Shown piece after piece: positions 1-11,786 of a stretch of DNA of 64,000 nt. A model generated the notes under the pieces. The model did not search any database and was not told the DNA's origin. It saw nothing but the letters and a program-made list of their open reading frames with translations. The stretch is from Escherichia coli (lineage in GTDB: Bacteria > Pseudomonadota > Gammaproteobacteria > Enterobacterales > Enterobacteriaceae), in the NCBI RefSeq assembly GCF_003790525.1, contig NZ_CP033635.1; one strand, written 5' to 3'. The position numbers and the translations under genes were made by a program. Numbering within the stretch: the stretch's first letter is position 1; every line of letters begins with the position of its first letter.

Positions 1-590
<590 letters not shown>

Positions 591-601
591 AAGGAATAGT
601 A

Positions 602-2509
602 ATGTCATTAATCAGTATGCATGGCGCATGGCTGTCGTTCAGCGACGCGCCGCTTCTCGATAACGCAGAACTGCATATCGAAGATAACGAACGTGTTTGT
701 CTGGTAGGTCGTAACGGCGCAGGCAAATCGACGTTAATGAAGATCCTCAACCGTGAACAGGGGCTGGATGACGGTCGCATTATTTATGAGCAAGATTTGA
801 TTGTAGCTCGTCTGCAACAGGATCCGCCGCGTAACGTTGAGGGTAGCGTTTATGATTTCGTTGCCGAAGGCATTGAAGAACAAGCGGAATATCTGAAACG
901 CTATCACGATCTTTCGCGCCTGGTGATGAACGACCCGAGCGAGAAAAATCTCAACGAACTGGCGAAGGTTCAGGAACAGCTGGATCACCACAACCTGTGG
1001 CAGCTGGAAAACCGCATCAACGAAGTGCTGGCGCAACTGGGATTAGATCCTAATGTTGCGCTGTCGTCGCTTTCCGGCGGCTGGTTGCGTAAAGCGGCAT
1101 TAGGACGCGCGCTGGTGAGCAATCCGCGTGTATTGCTGCTCGACGAACCGACTAACCACCTGGATATTGAAACCATCGACTGGCTGGAAGGGTTCCTCAA
1201 AACCTTCAATGGGACAATTATTTTCATTTCCCACGACCGTTCGTTTATCCGCAATATGGCGACGCGCATTGTTGATCTCGATCGCGGCAAGCTGGTGACC
1301 TATCCAGGGAATTACGACCAGTACCTGCTGGAAAAAGAAGAAGCCCTGCGCGTGGAAGAATTACAAAATGCCGAGTTCGATCGCAAACTGGCGCAGGAAG
1401 AGGTGTGGATCCGCCAGGGGATCAAAGCGCGCCGTACCCGTAATGAAGGCCGCGTACGCGCCCTGAAAGCAATGCGCCGTGAACGTAGCCAGCGCCGTGA
1501 GGTCATGGGGACGGCAAAGATGCAGGTGGAAGAAGCCAGCCGCTCCGGAAAGATCGTTTTCGAAATGGAAGACGTTTGCTACCAGGTTGACGGTAAGCAA
1601 CTGGTGAAAGATTTTTCTGCCCAGGTTCTACGTGGCGACAAAATTGCCCTGATTGGCCCGAATGGGTGCGGCAAAACCACGCTGCTGAAACTGATGCTCG
1701 GTCAGCTTCAGGCGGACAGCGGGCGTATTCACGTTGGCACCAAACTGGAAGTGGCTTATTTCGATCAGCACCGTGCGGAACTGGATCCCGATAAAACGGT
1801 GATGGATAACCTTGCCGAAGGTAAGCAAGAGGTGATGGTTAACGGCAAGCCACGCCACGTATTGGGCTATTTGCAGGACTTCCTGTTCCATCCGAAACGG
1901 GCGATGACGCCGGTACGTGCGCTTTCTGGCGGTGAGCGGAACCGCTTGCTGCTGGCGCGTTTGTTCCTCAAACCAAGCAACTTATTGATTCTTGACGAAC
2001 CGACCAACGATCTTGATGTCGAAACGCTGGAACTGCTGGAAGAACTGATCGACAGCTACCAGGGCACGGTATTGCTGGTAAGCCACGATCGTCAGTTTGT
2101 CGATAACACCGTTACAGAATGCTGGATCTTCGAAGGCGGCGGTAAAATTGGTCGTTATGTCGGCGGTTATCATGATGCCCGTGGTCAGCAAGAGCAGTAT
2201 GTGGCGCTCAAACAGCCTGCGGTGAAAAAAACCGAAGAAGCCGCCGCGGCAAAAGCAGAAACTGTAAAACGCAGCAGTAGCAAACTAAGCTATAAATTGC
2301 AGCGCGAACTGGAGCAGCTACCGCAATTGCTTGAAGATCTGGAGGCGAAGCTGGAAGCCCTACAGACGCAGGTGGCGGATGCTTCCTTCTTCAGTCAGCC
2401 CCATGAGCAGACACAAAAAGTGCTCGCTGATATGGCTGCTGCAGAGCAGGAGCTGGAGCAAGCCTTTGAACGCTGGGAGTATCTTGAAGCGTTAAAAAAT
2501 GGTGGCTGA
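602..2509 (+). CDS. uup: ABC-F family ATPase Uup
   Basis: 635-aa ORF with two ABC ATPase cassettes (GRNGAGKST and GPNGCGKTT Walker A, two LSGG signatures) and a C-terminal coiled-coil tail; length matches Uup. Confidence 0.95.
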   Translation: MSLISMHGAWLSFSDAPLLDNAELHIEDNERVCLVGRNGAGKSTLMKILNREQGLDDGRIIYEQDLIVARLQQDPPRNVEGSVYDFVAEGIEEQAEYLKRYHDLSRLVMNDPSEKNLNELAKVQEQLDHHNLWQLENRINEVLAQLGLDPNVALSSLSGGWLRKAALGRALVSNPRVLLLDEPTNHLDIETIDWLEGFLKTFNGTIIFISHDRSFIRNMATRIVDLDRGKLVTYPGNYDQYLLEKEEALRVEELQNAEFDRKLAQEEVWIRQGIKARRTRNEGRVRALKAMRRERSQRREVMGTAKMQVEEASRSGKIVFEMEDVCYQVDGKQLVKDFSAQVLRGDKIALIGPNGCGKTTLLKLMLGQLQADSGRIHVGTKLEVAYFDQHRAELDPDKTVMDNLAEGKQEVMVNGKPRHVLGYLQDFLFHPKRAMTPVRALSGGERNRLLLARLFLKPSNLLILDEPTNDLDVETLELLEELIDSYQGTVLLVSHDRQFVDNTVTECWIFEGGGKIGRYVGGYHDARGQQEQYVALKQPAVKKTEEAAAAKAETVKRSSSKLSYKLQRELEQLPQLLEDLEAKLEALQTQVADASFFSQPHEQTQKVLADMAAAEQELEQAFERWEYLEALKNGG

Positions 2510-2638
2510 TCGCAAAATAGTCGATTTAAACAGAGACAGCTGACAACGGTAAAATTGCCTGATGAACTGGGTTTATCAGGCATGAAAACCAACACTTTGT
2601 TCGTCATCTGTAAAATAGCGCATCATTAAGGAGTACCA

Positions 2639-3892
2639 ATGTGCGAACATCATCATGCCGCGAAGCACATCCTGTGCTCGCAGTGTGACATGCTGGTGGC
2701 GTTACCGCGCCTTGAGCATGGTCAGAAAGCGGCATGTCCCCGGTGTGGCACAACGTTAACCGTGGCGTGGGATGCCCCTCGGCAGCGTCCCACCGCCTAT
2801 GCGTTGGCTGCACTGTTCATGCTGTTGCTGTCCAACTTGTTTCCTTTTGTGAATATGAACGTTGCGGGAGTCACCAGTGAAATTACATTACTGGAAATTC
2901 CCGGCGTGCTTTTTTCTGAGGACTACGCCAGCCTCGGCACCTTTTTCCTGTTGTTTGTGCAACTGGTTCCCGCGTTTTGTCTGATAACCATTCTGTTACT
3001 GGTGAATCGCGCGGAATTACCGGTCCGTTTAAAAGAGCAACTGGCACGGGTGCTTTTTCAACTCAAAACCTGGGGAATGGCGGAAATTTTCCTCGCGGGA
3101 GTGCTGGTCAGTTTCGTTAAACTGATGGCCTACGGCAGCATTGGTGTCGGCAGTAGCTTTCTCCCCTGGTGTTTATTTTGTGTCCTGCAACTGCGCGCCT
3201 TTCAGTGCGTTGATCGTCGCTGGTTATGGGACGATATCGCCCCGATGCCAGAACTGCGCCAGCCGCTAAAACCTGGCGTCACGGGGATACGTCAGGGGCT
3301 GCGTTCTTGCTCCTGTTGTACGGCAATCCTTCCTGCTGATGAACCCGTATGCCCGCGCTGTGGTACTAAAGGGTACGTTCGGCGTAGAAACAGCCTGCAG
3401 TGGACACTCGCGCTGCTTGTAACGTCCATCATGCTGTACCTTCCGGCTAATATTTTGCCCATCATGGTGACGGATTTATTAGGCTCGAAGATGCCATCGA
3501 CGATTCTCGCTGGGGTCATCCTGTTATGGAGCGAAGGATCTTATCCCGTCGCTGCGGTTATCTTTCTGGCCAGTATTATGGTGCCAACGTTAAAGATGAT
3601 CGCCATAGCGTGGTTGTGTTGGGATGCCAAAGGGCATGGCAAGCGCGACAGTGAAAGAATGCATTTGATTTATGAAGTTGTTGAGTTTGTAGGCCGCTGG
3701 TCGATGATTGACGTTTTCGTTATCGCGGTGCTCTCGGCGCTGGTGCGTATGGGAGGTTTAATGAGTATTTATCCGGCAATGGGTGCATTAATGTTTGCTT
3801 TAGTCGTCATAATGACAATGTTTTCTGCTATGACGTTTGACCCGCGTTTGTCGTGGGATCGTCAACCTGAATCAGAGCATGAGGAGTCCTGA
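2639..3892 (+). CDS. pqiA: Paraquat-inducible inner-membrane protein PqiA
   Basis: 417-aa ORF with two CxxC...CxxC zinc-ribbon segments and hydrophobic helices; first gene of pqiABC. Confidence 0.93.
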   Translation: MCEHHHAAKHILCSQCDMLVALPRLEHGQKAACPRCGTTLTVAWDAPRQRPTAYALAALFMLLLSNLFPFVNMNVAGVTSEITLLEIPGVLFSEDYASLGTFFLLFVQLVPAFCLITILLLVNRAELPVRLKEQLARVLFQLKTWGMAEIFLAGVLVSFVKLMAYGSIGVGSSFLPWCLFCVLQLRAFQCVDRRWLWDDIAPMPELRQPLKPGVTGIRQGLRSCSCCTAILPADEPVCPRCGTKGYVRRRNSLQWTLALLVTSIMLYLPANILPIMVTDLLGSKMPSTILAGVILLWSEGSYPVAAVIFLASIMVPTLKMIAIAWLCWDAKGHGKRDSERMHLIYEVVEFVGRWSMIDVFVIAVLSALVRMGGLMSIYPAMGALMFALVVIMTMFSAMTFDPRLSWDRQPESEHEES

Positions 3893-3896
3893 CAGT

Positions 3897-5537
3897 ATGG
3901 AATCTAATAATGGGGAAGCCAAAATCCAGAAAGTGAAGAACTGGTCTCCCGTGTGGATATTTCCTATCGTCACGGCGCTCATTGGGGCCTGGGTTCTTTT
4001 TTATCATTACAGCCATCAGGGGCCGGAAGTGACCCTGATCACCGCGAATGCGGAAGGAATAGAAGGTGGTAAAACCACCATTAAAAGCCGTAGCGTTGAC
4101 GTCGGCGTGGTTGAAAGCGCCACACTGGCTGATGATTTGACGCACGTTGAAATCAAAGCGCGGCTGAATTCCGGTATGGAAAAATTGCTGCATAAAGATA
4201 CCGTCTTTTGGGTGGTGAAACCGCAGATTGGTCGAGAAGGGATTAGCGGCCTGGGAACGCTGCTGTCTGGGGTTTATATCGAACTGCAGCCAGGCGCAAA
4301 AGGCAGCAAAATGGATAAATACGATTTGCTGGACTCGCCACCGTTGGCCCCGCCTGATGCGAAAGGTATCCGTGTGATTCTCGATAGCAAAAAAGCCGGG
4401 CAGCTCTCGCCAGGAGATCCCGTGCTGTTCCGTGGCTATCGGGTAGGTTCGGTTGAAACCAGCACCTTCGATACGCAAAAACGCAATATCAGCTATCAAC
4501 TGTTCATCAATGCACCTTATGACCGACTGGTGACCAGCAATGTTCGCTTCTGGAAAGATAGTGGCATTGCGGTTGATTTGACGTCAGCGGGAATGCGTGT
4601 GGAGATGGGCTCATTGACAACGCTGCTTAGTGGCGGTGTCAGCTTTGATGTGCCGGAAGGTCTGGATTTAGGGCAGCCAGTGGCACCGAAAACAGCTTTC
4701 GTTTTGTATGATGATCAGAAGAGCATTCAGGATTCGTTGTACACCGATCACATTGATTATCTGATGTTCTTTAAAGATTCGGTACGCGGTCTGCAACCGG
4801 GAGCTCCGGTAGAATTCCGGGGTATTCGCCTGGGTACCGTAAGCAAAGTGCCATTCTTTGCGCCGAATATGCGTCAGACATTTAACGATGATTACCGTAT
4901 TCCGGTACTGATTCGTATCGAGCCAGAGCGGCTGAAAATGCAGCTTGGAGAAAATGCGGATGTTGTTGAGCACCTTGGCGAATTGTTGAAACGTGGTTTA
5001 CGCGGATCGCTGAAAACCGGAAACCTGGTCACTGGCGCACTGTATGTTGATCTCGATTTCTATCCAAATACGCCTGCAATAACCGGTATTCGTGAATTTA
5101 ATGGTTATCAGATTATCCCGACCGTTAGCGGCGGTCTGGCGCAAATCCAGCAACGACTGATGGAAGCGTTGGATAAGATCAACAAACTGCCATTGAATCC
5201 GATGATTGAACAGGCAACCAGTACGCTTTCTGAAAGTCAGCGCACAATGAAAAACCTGCAAACGACGCTGGATAGCATGAACAAGATCCTCGCCAGCCAG
5301 TCGATGCAGCAGTTACCGACGGATATGCAGTCAACGTTGCGTGAATTGAATCGCAGTATGCAGGGCTTCCAGCCTGGCTCCGCAGCCTACAACAAGATGG
5401 TGGCGGATATGCAGCGACTTGATCAGGTGTTGCGAGAACTGCAACCGGTGCTGAAAACGCTCAACGAGAAGAGTAACGCGCTGGTATTTGAAGCGAAGGA
5501 CAAAAAAGATCCAGAGCCGAAGAGGGCGAAACAATGA
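3897..5537 (+). CDS. pqiB: MCE-domain envelope-spanning protein PqiB
   Basis: In-frame ATG at 3897 (MESNNGEAKIQ...) gives 546 aa, the PqiB length; the start overlaps the pqiA stop region. Confidence 0.93.
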   Translation: MESNNGEAKIQKVKNWSPVWIFPIVTALIGAWVLFYHYSHQGPEVTLITANAEGIEGGKTTIKSRSVDVGVVESATLADDLTHVEIKARLNSGMEKLLHKDTVFWVVKPQIGREGISGLGTLLSGVYIELQPGAKGSKMDKYDLLDSPPLAPPDAKGIRVILDSKKAGQLSPGDPVLFRGYRVGSVETSTFDTQKRNISYQLFINAPYDRLVTSNVRFWKDSGIAVDLTSAGMRVEMGSLTTLLSGGVSFDVPEGLDLGQPVAPKTAFVLYDDQKSIQDSLYTDHIDYLMFFKDSVRGLQPGAPVEFRGIRLGTVSKVPFFAPNMRQTFNDDYRIPVLIRIEPERLKMQLGENADVVEHLGELLKRGLRGSLKTGNLVTGALYVDLDFYPNTPAITGIREFNGYQIIPTVSGGLAQIQQRLMEALDKINKLPLNPMIEQATSTLSESQRTMKNLQTTLDSMNKILASQSMQQLPTDMQSTLRELNRSMQGFQPGSAAYNKMVADMQRLDQVLRELQPVLKTLNEKSNALVFEAKDKKDPEPKRAKQ

Positions 5538-6097
5538 AAAAGTGGCTAGTGACGATTGCAGCACTGTGGCTGGCCGGATGCAGCTCCGGCGAAATTAATA
5601 AAAACTATTACCAGTTACCTGTGGTGCAGGGCGGTACACAAAGTACCGCCAGCCAGGGTAATCGCCTGTTATGGGTAGAGCAGGTCGCTGTTCCTGACTA
5701 TCTGGCGGGAAATGGTGTGGTTTATCAAACCAGTGATGTGAAGTATGTGATTGCCAACAACAACTTGTGGGCCAGCCCGTTGGATCAACAGTTGCGCAAC
5801 ACTCTGGTTGCCAACCTGAGCACGCAACTGCCCGGCTGGGTGGTTGCCTCCCAGCCTCTGGGAAGCGCCCAGGATACGCTCAATGTTACCGTAACGGAGT
5901 TTAACGGGCGATATGATGGCAAGGTCATTGTCAGTGGTGAATGGCTGTTGAACCACCAGGGACAACTGATCAAACGTCCGTTCCGTCTGGAAGGGGTGCA
6001 AACTCAGGATGGTTACGATGAGATGGTTAAAGTACTGGCCAGTGTCTGGAGTCAGGAAGCCGCTTCTATTGCGCAAGAGATAAAGCGTCTACCTTAA
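5534..6097 (+). CDS. pqiC: Outer-membrane lipoprotein PqiC (YmbA)
   Basis: 187-aa ORF with lipoprotein signal (LAGCSS lipobox); start overlaps the pqiB stop (ATGA). Confidence 0.92.
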   Translation: MKKWLVTIAALWLAGCSSGEINKNYYQLPVVQGGTQSTASQGNRLLWVEQVAVPDYLAGNGVVYQTSDVKYVIANNNLWASPLDQQLRNTLVANLSTQLPGWVVASQPLGSAQDTLNVTVTEFNGRYDGKVIVSGEWLLNHQGQLIKRPFRLEGVQTQDGYDEMVKVLASVWSQEAASIAQEIKRLP

Positions 6098-6117
6098 TTA
6101 TAAAGATTTGTAAATAT

Positions 6118-6153
6118 AACCGCCTCCGGTATGTTGCCTGAGGCGGTTTTTTT
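6118..6153 (+). terminator. Rho-independent terminator after pqiABC
   Basis: GC-rich inverted repeat ccgcctc...gaggcgg followed by a T7 run. Confidence 0.7.
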
Positions 6154-6352
6154 GTCTCTAACGTGCGGAAAAAGTTGTTCCTCTTCACATTTTTTGTACA
6201 ACTGACATGCCCGTGTAGCTCACAAATATGACAGTGGCGTGAATTTTGCGCATTGACGGCAGTTATGATTCGCGGTATTGCTTAACTGTGATTGCACATT
6301 TAGTAATCACTGTTTTCTTTTCCACCAGAAACCAGTATGAGGGAAACGAGGC

Positions 6353-6520
6353 ATGAAGAGACAAAAACGAGATCGCCTGGAACGGGCACATCAACGTGGT
6401 TATCAGGCCGGCATCGCCGGACGCTCAAAAGAAATGTGTCCCTATCAGACGCTGAATCAAAGGTCACAATGGCTGGGAGGCTGGCGAGAAGCCATGGCGG
6501 ACAGGGTAGTAATGGCCTGA
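6353..6520 (+). CDS. rmf: Ribosome modulation factor
   Basis: 55-aa ORF MKRQKRDRLERAHQRGYQAGIAGRSKEMCPYQTLNQRSQWLGGWREAMADRVVMA; below the 60-aa cutoff of the ORF track, read directly from the sequence. Confidence 0.95.
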   Translation: MKRQKRDRLERAHQRGYQAGIAGRSKEMCPYQTLNQRSQWLGGWREAMADRVVMA

Positions 6521-6537
6521 TTCTGTCTCTTTAAAAA

Positions 6538-6571
6538 GAAACCTCCGCATTGCGGAGGTTTCGCCTTTTTA
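6538..6571. terminator. Bidirectional intrinsic terminator between rmf and fabA
   Basis: Hairpin cctccgcattgcggagg flanked by A-run upstream and T-run downstream. Confidence 0.75.
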
Positions 6572-6589
6572 TACTCTGTCTGATTATTA

Positions 6590-7108
6590 TCAGAAGGCAG
6601 ACGTATCCTGGAACAGACCGACTTTCAGGTCGCTGGCGGTATAGATCAGACGACCATCAACCAGCACTTCGCCATCTGCCAGACCCATAATCAGACGACG
6701 ATTAACAATGCGTTTAAAGTGAATACGGTAGGTTACTTTTTTCGCTGTCGGCAGTACCTGACCAGTGAATTTCACTTCGCCAACGCCCAGCGCGCGGCCT
6801 TTACCTTCGCCGCCCAGCCAGCCGAGGTAGAACCCTACCAGCTGCCACATTGCGTCCAGGCCCAGGCATCCCGGCATAACCGGATCGCCAATGAAGTGGC
6901 ATCCGAAGAACCACAGATCCGGATTGATATCCAGCTCTGCTTCAACATACCCTTTGTCGAAGTTACCACCCGTTTCGGTCATTTTGACCACACGGTCCAT
7001 CATCAGCATGTTCGGTGCTGGCAATTGCGGGCCTTTAGCGCCAAACAGTTCACCGCGACCAGAGGCAAGAAGGTCTTCTTTTGTATAGGATTCGCGTTTA
7101 TCTACCAT
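6590..7108 (-). CDS. fabA: 3-hydroxydecanoyl-ACP dehydratase/isomerase FabA
   Basis: 172 aa from [14 protein letters not shown]...; hot-dog fold dehydratase; the ORF-track entry extends upstream of the true ATG. Confidence 0.95.
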
Positions 7109-7176
7109 GTTCTCTGTAAGCCTTATTTTATTGAAGCACGCAGGATAGCTAACACGTGTACGCTGAACAAGTCCGA

Positions 7177-8937
7177 TCAGTTCGGAATAAACCAGTTCAG
7201 CCAACGTAATGGCCATGGAAAACGGTGACGTCCTTCCTGTTGCGATGCTTGTGCGATACGTTCCTGGATGGTTTGCATCAGCGTCGTTTGGCCTTCGCCA
7301 TCCCACACCAGATTTAATAATAACGGCAGTGCGTCAGTCACATCGTCTACTGCCCAGATGGTGAATTTGCCTTCTTCTACCGCTTTCACCAGTTCACTGT
7401 GAAGACTTAAATGGCGAACGTTAGCAGTGGGGATAATGACACCTTGTTTCCCCGTTAACTCACGTTGCTGGCAAATAGCAAAGAAGCCTTCGATTTTCTC
7501 ATTTAAACCACCGACTGGCTGGGCGCGACCGAACTGATCGACTGAACCTGTGATAGCGATACTCTGATTCACCGGCACATCGGCGAGGGCGCTGATCAGG
7601 GCGCAGAGTTCAGCCATCGAGGCACTATCGCCATCCACTTCACTGTATGACTGCTCAAATGTCAGCGATGCTGAGAAGGGGATCTGTTGCTCAAGCTGTA
7701 GTTCCGACATCAGGAACGCTTGCATGATCATCATCCCTTTCGCATGGATATTGCCGCCAAGCTCCGCTTTGCGTTCGATGTCGGTGAATTCACCATCGCC
7801 AATATGCACAACGCAGCTAATGCGAGAAGGTTCGCCAAAAGCGCGTGGATGACCCGGAAATTCAATGACCGAAAGGGCGTTAATTTGCCCGATGCGTTCG
7901 CCTTCGGTTTCAATCAGGATTTGCTCCTGAAGGATCTCATCCTGCATGCGTTCAGCGAGGAAACCTTCACGCCATTCACGCTGCTGCAGCATTAAGTTTA
8001 GCTGCTCGCCGGAGAAGGTGTCGCCATCGCACAGGGAGGCGACCTCTTTACACTGGCGGAGGATCCACTGCGGGCTAAGCGGAAGTGTTTCTTGTTCACC
8101 GGTGTAGCGGGCTGCTTCGCGGATAAGTACTGGCCAGGCATCCGCTCCCGGTGCAGGTAAGTGATTATGTCTTGCGGTCAATGTTACCCAGCGACACCAC
8201 TGGCTTACTGACTCCGCATCGACAATCTGCAGAGTATCTTCAAATTCGCTATAAATAGCCTGCTCTGAAAGCTCTGGTTCCATCTCCTGGAAATCAGCCA
8301 ATGATTCACGTTCGCCTACCAGAATGACTTTCAGCTTCAATGGCATCGAAGGCACAGAGACGGGGAGAGGGCGCGACTCATCAAACGCAACCCAGTCAAA
8401 ACGCTCGCGGTTAACGATATTTTTCAGCCGCATCCACAGCAGAGGTTGCGCCAGCAGTGTACGCAAAGAGATGATGAGAATACCGCCATTTGCCTGATGC
8501 ACCAGACCAGGCTGCAGGGTAATGTCGCCATTAAACTGGCGCAGGCAGCCAAAGAGTTGTTCCGCTTCTACCCAGTCGGCAGCGACAACTTGCGTTAAAG
8601 TCGCAAAATTATCATCTGCACTCACTGCGTTACGTAAGCGGATGGTGTGCCCGGAAACCTCATAGTGACAGCCCACCAGTTGGCCTGCATCGCTTTGTAG
8701 CGCACGCGCGGCATCGGCAATAAGATTCAGATACTCAGACTCTTCCGGGGCCTTCGCCAGCATAAAAGAGGAGGATGCTCGCGTATGCAGCAACTGCTCC
8801 AGCGCAAATTGCAGTCGCGGTTGAGTATCACTGAATAAAGGATCGTTTTCGTCAATCAAATGTGGCTGAGCAAATATTTCCTGATAGCTATCGGTATCAG
8901 GAACCAGGTCACGCCATGCAAGTTTCGTAATGGTCAA
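7177..8937 (-). CDS. ycbZ: Lon-like protease YcbZ
   Basis: 586-aa ORF, length and position match YcbZ; C-terminal region resembles the Lon S16 protease domain. Confidence 0.9.
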
Positions 8938-9122
8938 AGTTGATGTTTTTTAGTCTGTTGTCAAAGCCGCGATTATACCGTAACCGGCACTGCAGCACAC
9001 GTAGAAAGCACCGACAATACTCCTGGCATGGGCGTTAAAGCTCACAGGATGGAGATTCTTTTCTTCACTGGCCCAAAAAGCTGATATTCTGTAAAGAGTT
9101 ACACGGTAACATTGAGATCGCT

Positions 9123-9575
9123 ATGAAATATCAACAACTTGAAAATCTTGAAAGCGGTTGGAAATGGAAGTATCTGGTGAAGAAGCATCGCGAAGGGGAG
9201 TTAATCACCCGTTACATAGAAGCCAGTGCCGCCCAGGAAGCCGTCGATGTGTTGCTCTCGCTGGAAAATGAACCCGTGCTGGTAAATAACTGGATTGATA
9301 AGCATATGAATCCGGAACTGGTCAATCGCATGAAGCAGACCATTCGGGCCAGACGGAAGCGCCATTTTAATGCGGAACACCAGCATACGCGCAAAAAATC
9401 GATCGATCTGGAATTTATTGTCTGGCAACGTCTGGCTGGTCTTGCGCAGCGTCGCGGTAAAACGCTTTCTGAAACGATTGTTCAGCTGATTGAAGATGCG
9501 GAAAACAAAGAGAAATACGCGAATAAAATGTCTTCTCTGAAGCAGGATCTGCAGGCATTGCTGGGTAAGGAATAA
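9123..9575 (+). CDS. matP: Ter macrodomain organiser MatP
   Basis: 150-aa [29 protein letters not shown]..., recognised as MatP. Confidence 0.93.
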   Translation: MKYQQLENLESGWKWKYLVKKHREGELITRYIEASAAQEAVDVLLSLENEPVLVNNWIDKHMNPELVNRMKQTIRARRKRHFNAEHQHTRKKSIDLEFIVWQRLAGLAQRRGKTLSETIVQLIEDAENKEKYANKMSSLKQDLQALLGKE

Positions 9576-9607
9576 CTGTCAAAAGTCACTTCAATTTACT
9601 AAAGGCG

Positions 9608-9637
9608 AAAAAAAACCCCGCAGCTGCGGGGTTTTTT
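9608..9637. terminator. Bidirectional intrinsic terminator between matP and ompA
   Basis: A-run, hairpin ccccgcagctgcgggg, T-run. Confidence 0.8.
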
Positions 9638-9650
9638 ACCAGACGAGAAC

Positions 9651-10703
9651 TTAAGCCTGCGGCTGAGTTACAACGTCTTTGATACCTTTAACTTCGATCT
9701 CTACGCGACGATCCGGAGCCAGGCAGTCGATCAGTGCAGCACGCTGTTTCACGTTGTCACAGGTGTTGCCAGTAACCGGGTTGGATTCGCCCATACCACG
9801 TGCGGAGATTTTGTCTGCCGGGATACCTTTAGAGATCAGGTAATCAACAACGGACTGAGCACGACGCTCGGACAGAGCCTGGTTGTAAGCGTCAGAACCG
9901 ATGCGGTCGGTGTAACCCAGAACAACTACGGAACCGTCTTTCGGATCCAGGTTGCTCAGCTGGCTGTACAGCTGATCCAGAGCAGCCTGACCTTCCGGTT
10001 TCAGGGTTGCTTTGTTGAAGTTGAACAGAACGTCAGACTTCAGAGTGAAGTGCTTGGTCTGTACTTCCGGTGCCGGAGCTGGAGCCGGAGCAACTACTGG
10101 AGCTGCTTCGCCCTGACCGAAACGGTAGGAAACACCCAGGCTCAGCATGCCGTTGTCCGGACGAGTACCGATGGTGTGTGCGTCACCGATGTTGTTGGTC
10201 CACTGGTATTCCAGACGGGTAGCGATTTCAGGAGTGATCGCGTACTCAACACCGCCAGCGAAGACCGGAGAAACGCCGGTGTCGTGGTCTTTAGTGGATG
10301 CGCCACCAGGTACGTTAGACTTGGTGTCTGCACGCCATACCATACCACCCAGACGAGTGTAAACGTCCAGATCGTCAGTGATTGGGTAACCCAGTTTAGC
10401 GGTCAGCTGAACGCCCTGAGCTTTGTATGCGCCGTTGATGTTGTCGCCTTTGTACGGCATACGACCTAACCAGTCGTAACCCATTTCAAAGCCAACATAC
10501 GGGTTAACCTGGTAACCACCAAAAGCACCTGCACCCAGTTGGTTTTCGTGGGTCGGACCATTGTTAGGAATAAAACCAGTGTCATGGTACTGGGACCAGC
10601 CCAGTTTAGCACCAGTGTACCAGGTGTTATCTTTCGGAGCGGCCTGCGCTACGGTAGCGAAACCAGCCAGTGCCACTGCAATCGCGATAGCTGTCTTTTT
10701 CAT
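9651..10703 (-). CDS. ompA: Outer membrane protein A (variant loop allele)
   Basis: [21 protein letters not shown] signal peptide, beta-barrel, APAPAPAPE hinge and C-terminal OmpA domain; 350 aa from the MKKT start, 4 aa longer than the K-12 protein because of a loop insertion ([14 protein letters not shown]). Confidence 0.95.
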   Translation of the reverse strand: MKKTAIAIAVALAGFATVAQAAPKDNTWYTGAKLGWSQYHDTGFIPNNGPTHENQLGAGAFGGYQVNPYVGFEMGYDWLGRMPYKGDNINGAYKAQGVQLTAKLGYPITDDLDVYTRLGGMVWRADTKSNVPGGASTKDHDTGVSPVFAGGVEYAITPEIATRLEYQWTNNIGDAHTIGTRPDNGMLSLGVSYRFGQGEAAPVVAPAPAPAPEVQTKHFTLKSDVLFNFNKATLKPEGQAALDQLYSQLSNLDPKDGSVVVLGYTDRIGSDAYNQALSERRAQSVVDYLISKGIPADKISARGMGESNPVTGNTCDNVKQRAALIDCLAPDRRVEIEVKGIKDVVTQPQA

Positions 10704-11058
10704 TTTTTGCGCCTCGTTATCATCCAAAATACGCCATGAATATCTCCAACGAGATAACACGGTTAAATCCTTCACCGGGGATCTGCTCAATATTAACTCT
10801 ACCGATATCTTCGGCTTATGCCGAGCACCCCTGGCGATGTAAAGTCTACAACGTAGTTGAAAACTTACAAGTGTGAACTCCGTCAGGCATATGAAAAAAA
10901 AGTCTTGTATAAGGTACGTTTAATCTTTTTTGTCAGCGACAATTTACAGAAGAAAATCGCGGAAACCGCTTCAGACAAGCCTCTGCAAGGAAAATTAGTC
11001 ACGACTGAAAGCATTGGCTGGGCGACAAAAAAAGTTCCAGGATTAATCCTAAATTTAC

Positions 11059-11568
11059 TTAATGATACAAATTAGAGTGAATTTTTAGCCCGGAAAGTTG
11101 TCTCGTTGCGTGAGAGGAAGCGCTTACCGGACGCATAATAAACCCCATAGCGTTACCTTCATTTGCCGCATCAACAAGTTCAGCATGCTCTTCTTCAGTC
11201 AAATCATCTGCCAACCAACCGATCACCACACTGTAATTGCCCGTGCGTAAAGCGCGAACCATTGACTCCACGGTGTGGCAAGGGGAGAGCTGGCTAATCT
11301 GCATTACTTTCGTTAAGGGTAGCCCAGATGCCTGAACCCATTCGCGACTCAGTTTTTGTTGCGGTGTTAACCAGAGTTGCCAGCGCGATTGCTGACCGAG
11401 TTGCTGTAACAATGGCAACAGTAGAAGTTGCGTCATCATGGGCTGATCTTCGCGATAGACAACTTCACTGATAAGCCCGGCTGTAGTGTTTTCCGTAGAG
11501 ACACGCGCAATTTTACTTGCTGCGGATGAGAACGACGAAGAACGATGTGCATAGCCTGAAGTGTACAT
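11059..11568 (-). CDS. sulA: SOS cell-division inhibitor SulA
   Basis: 169 aa from [38 protein letters not shown]...; LexA box immediately upstream. Confidence 0.95.
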
Positions 11569-11590
11569 AATCAATCCAGCCCCTGTGAGT

Positions 11591-11610
11591 TACTGTATGA
11601 ATGTACAGTA
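11591..11610 (-). promoter_or_regulatory. LexA (SOS) box in the sulA promoter
   Basis: tactgtatgaatgtacagta fits the CTGT-N8-ACAG palindrome, about 25 bp upstream of the sulA start. Confidence 0.85.
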
Positions 11611-11786
11611 CATCCAGTGACAACAAAGATCAACCCTATTTTCGGAAAGAGCCTCGCAAATTTTGTCGTTGGTGACGGGAAAACATAAATTAATCTTGCC
11701 CCTTAAGAATAAGTTGCCTATTTTCGTAGTTAACGGATCCGTTAATGTGAATCATTCTTTTATGTTATGATTTTAAAAGGAATTTT

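Noticed and set aside
3828-4499. 223-aa ORF antisense to pqiB
   Set aside because: Fully contained in the pqiB coding region on the opposite strand; no signals of a real gene.
6337-6534. 65-aa ORF-track entry overlapping rmf
   Set aside because: It is in a different frame from the real rmf gene (6353..6520), which was missed by the track only because it is 55 aa.
10857-11075. 72-aa ORF in the ompA-sulA intergenic region
   Set aside because: Lies in the long ompA promoter and 5' UTR region and runs into the sulA 3' end; no convincing RBS and not a known gene.
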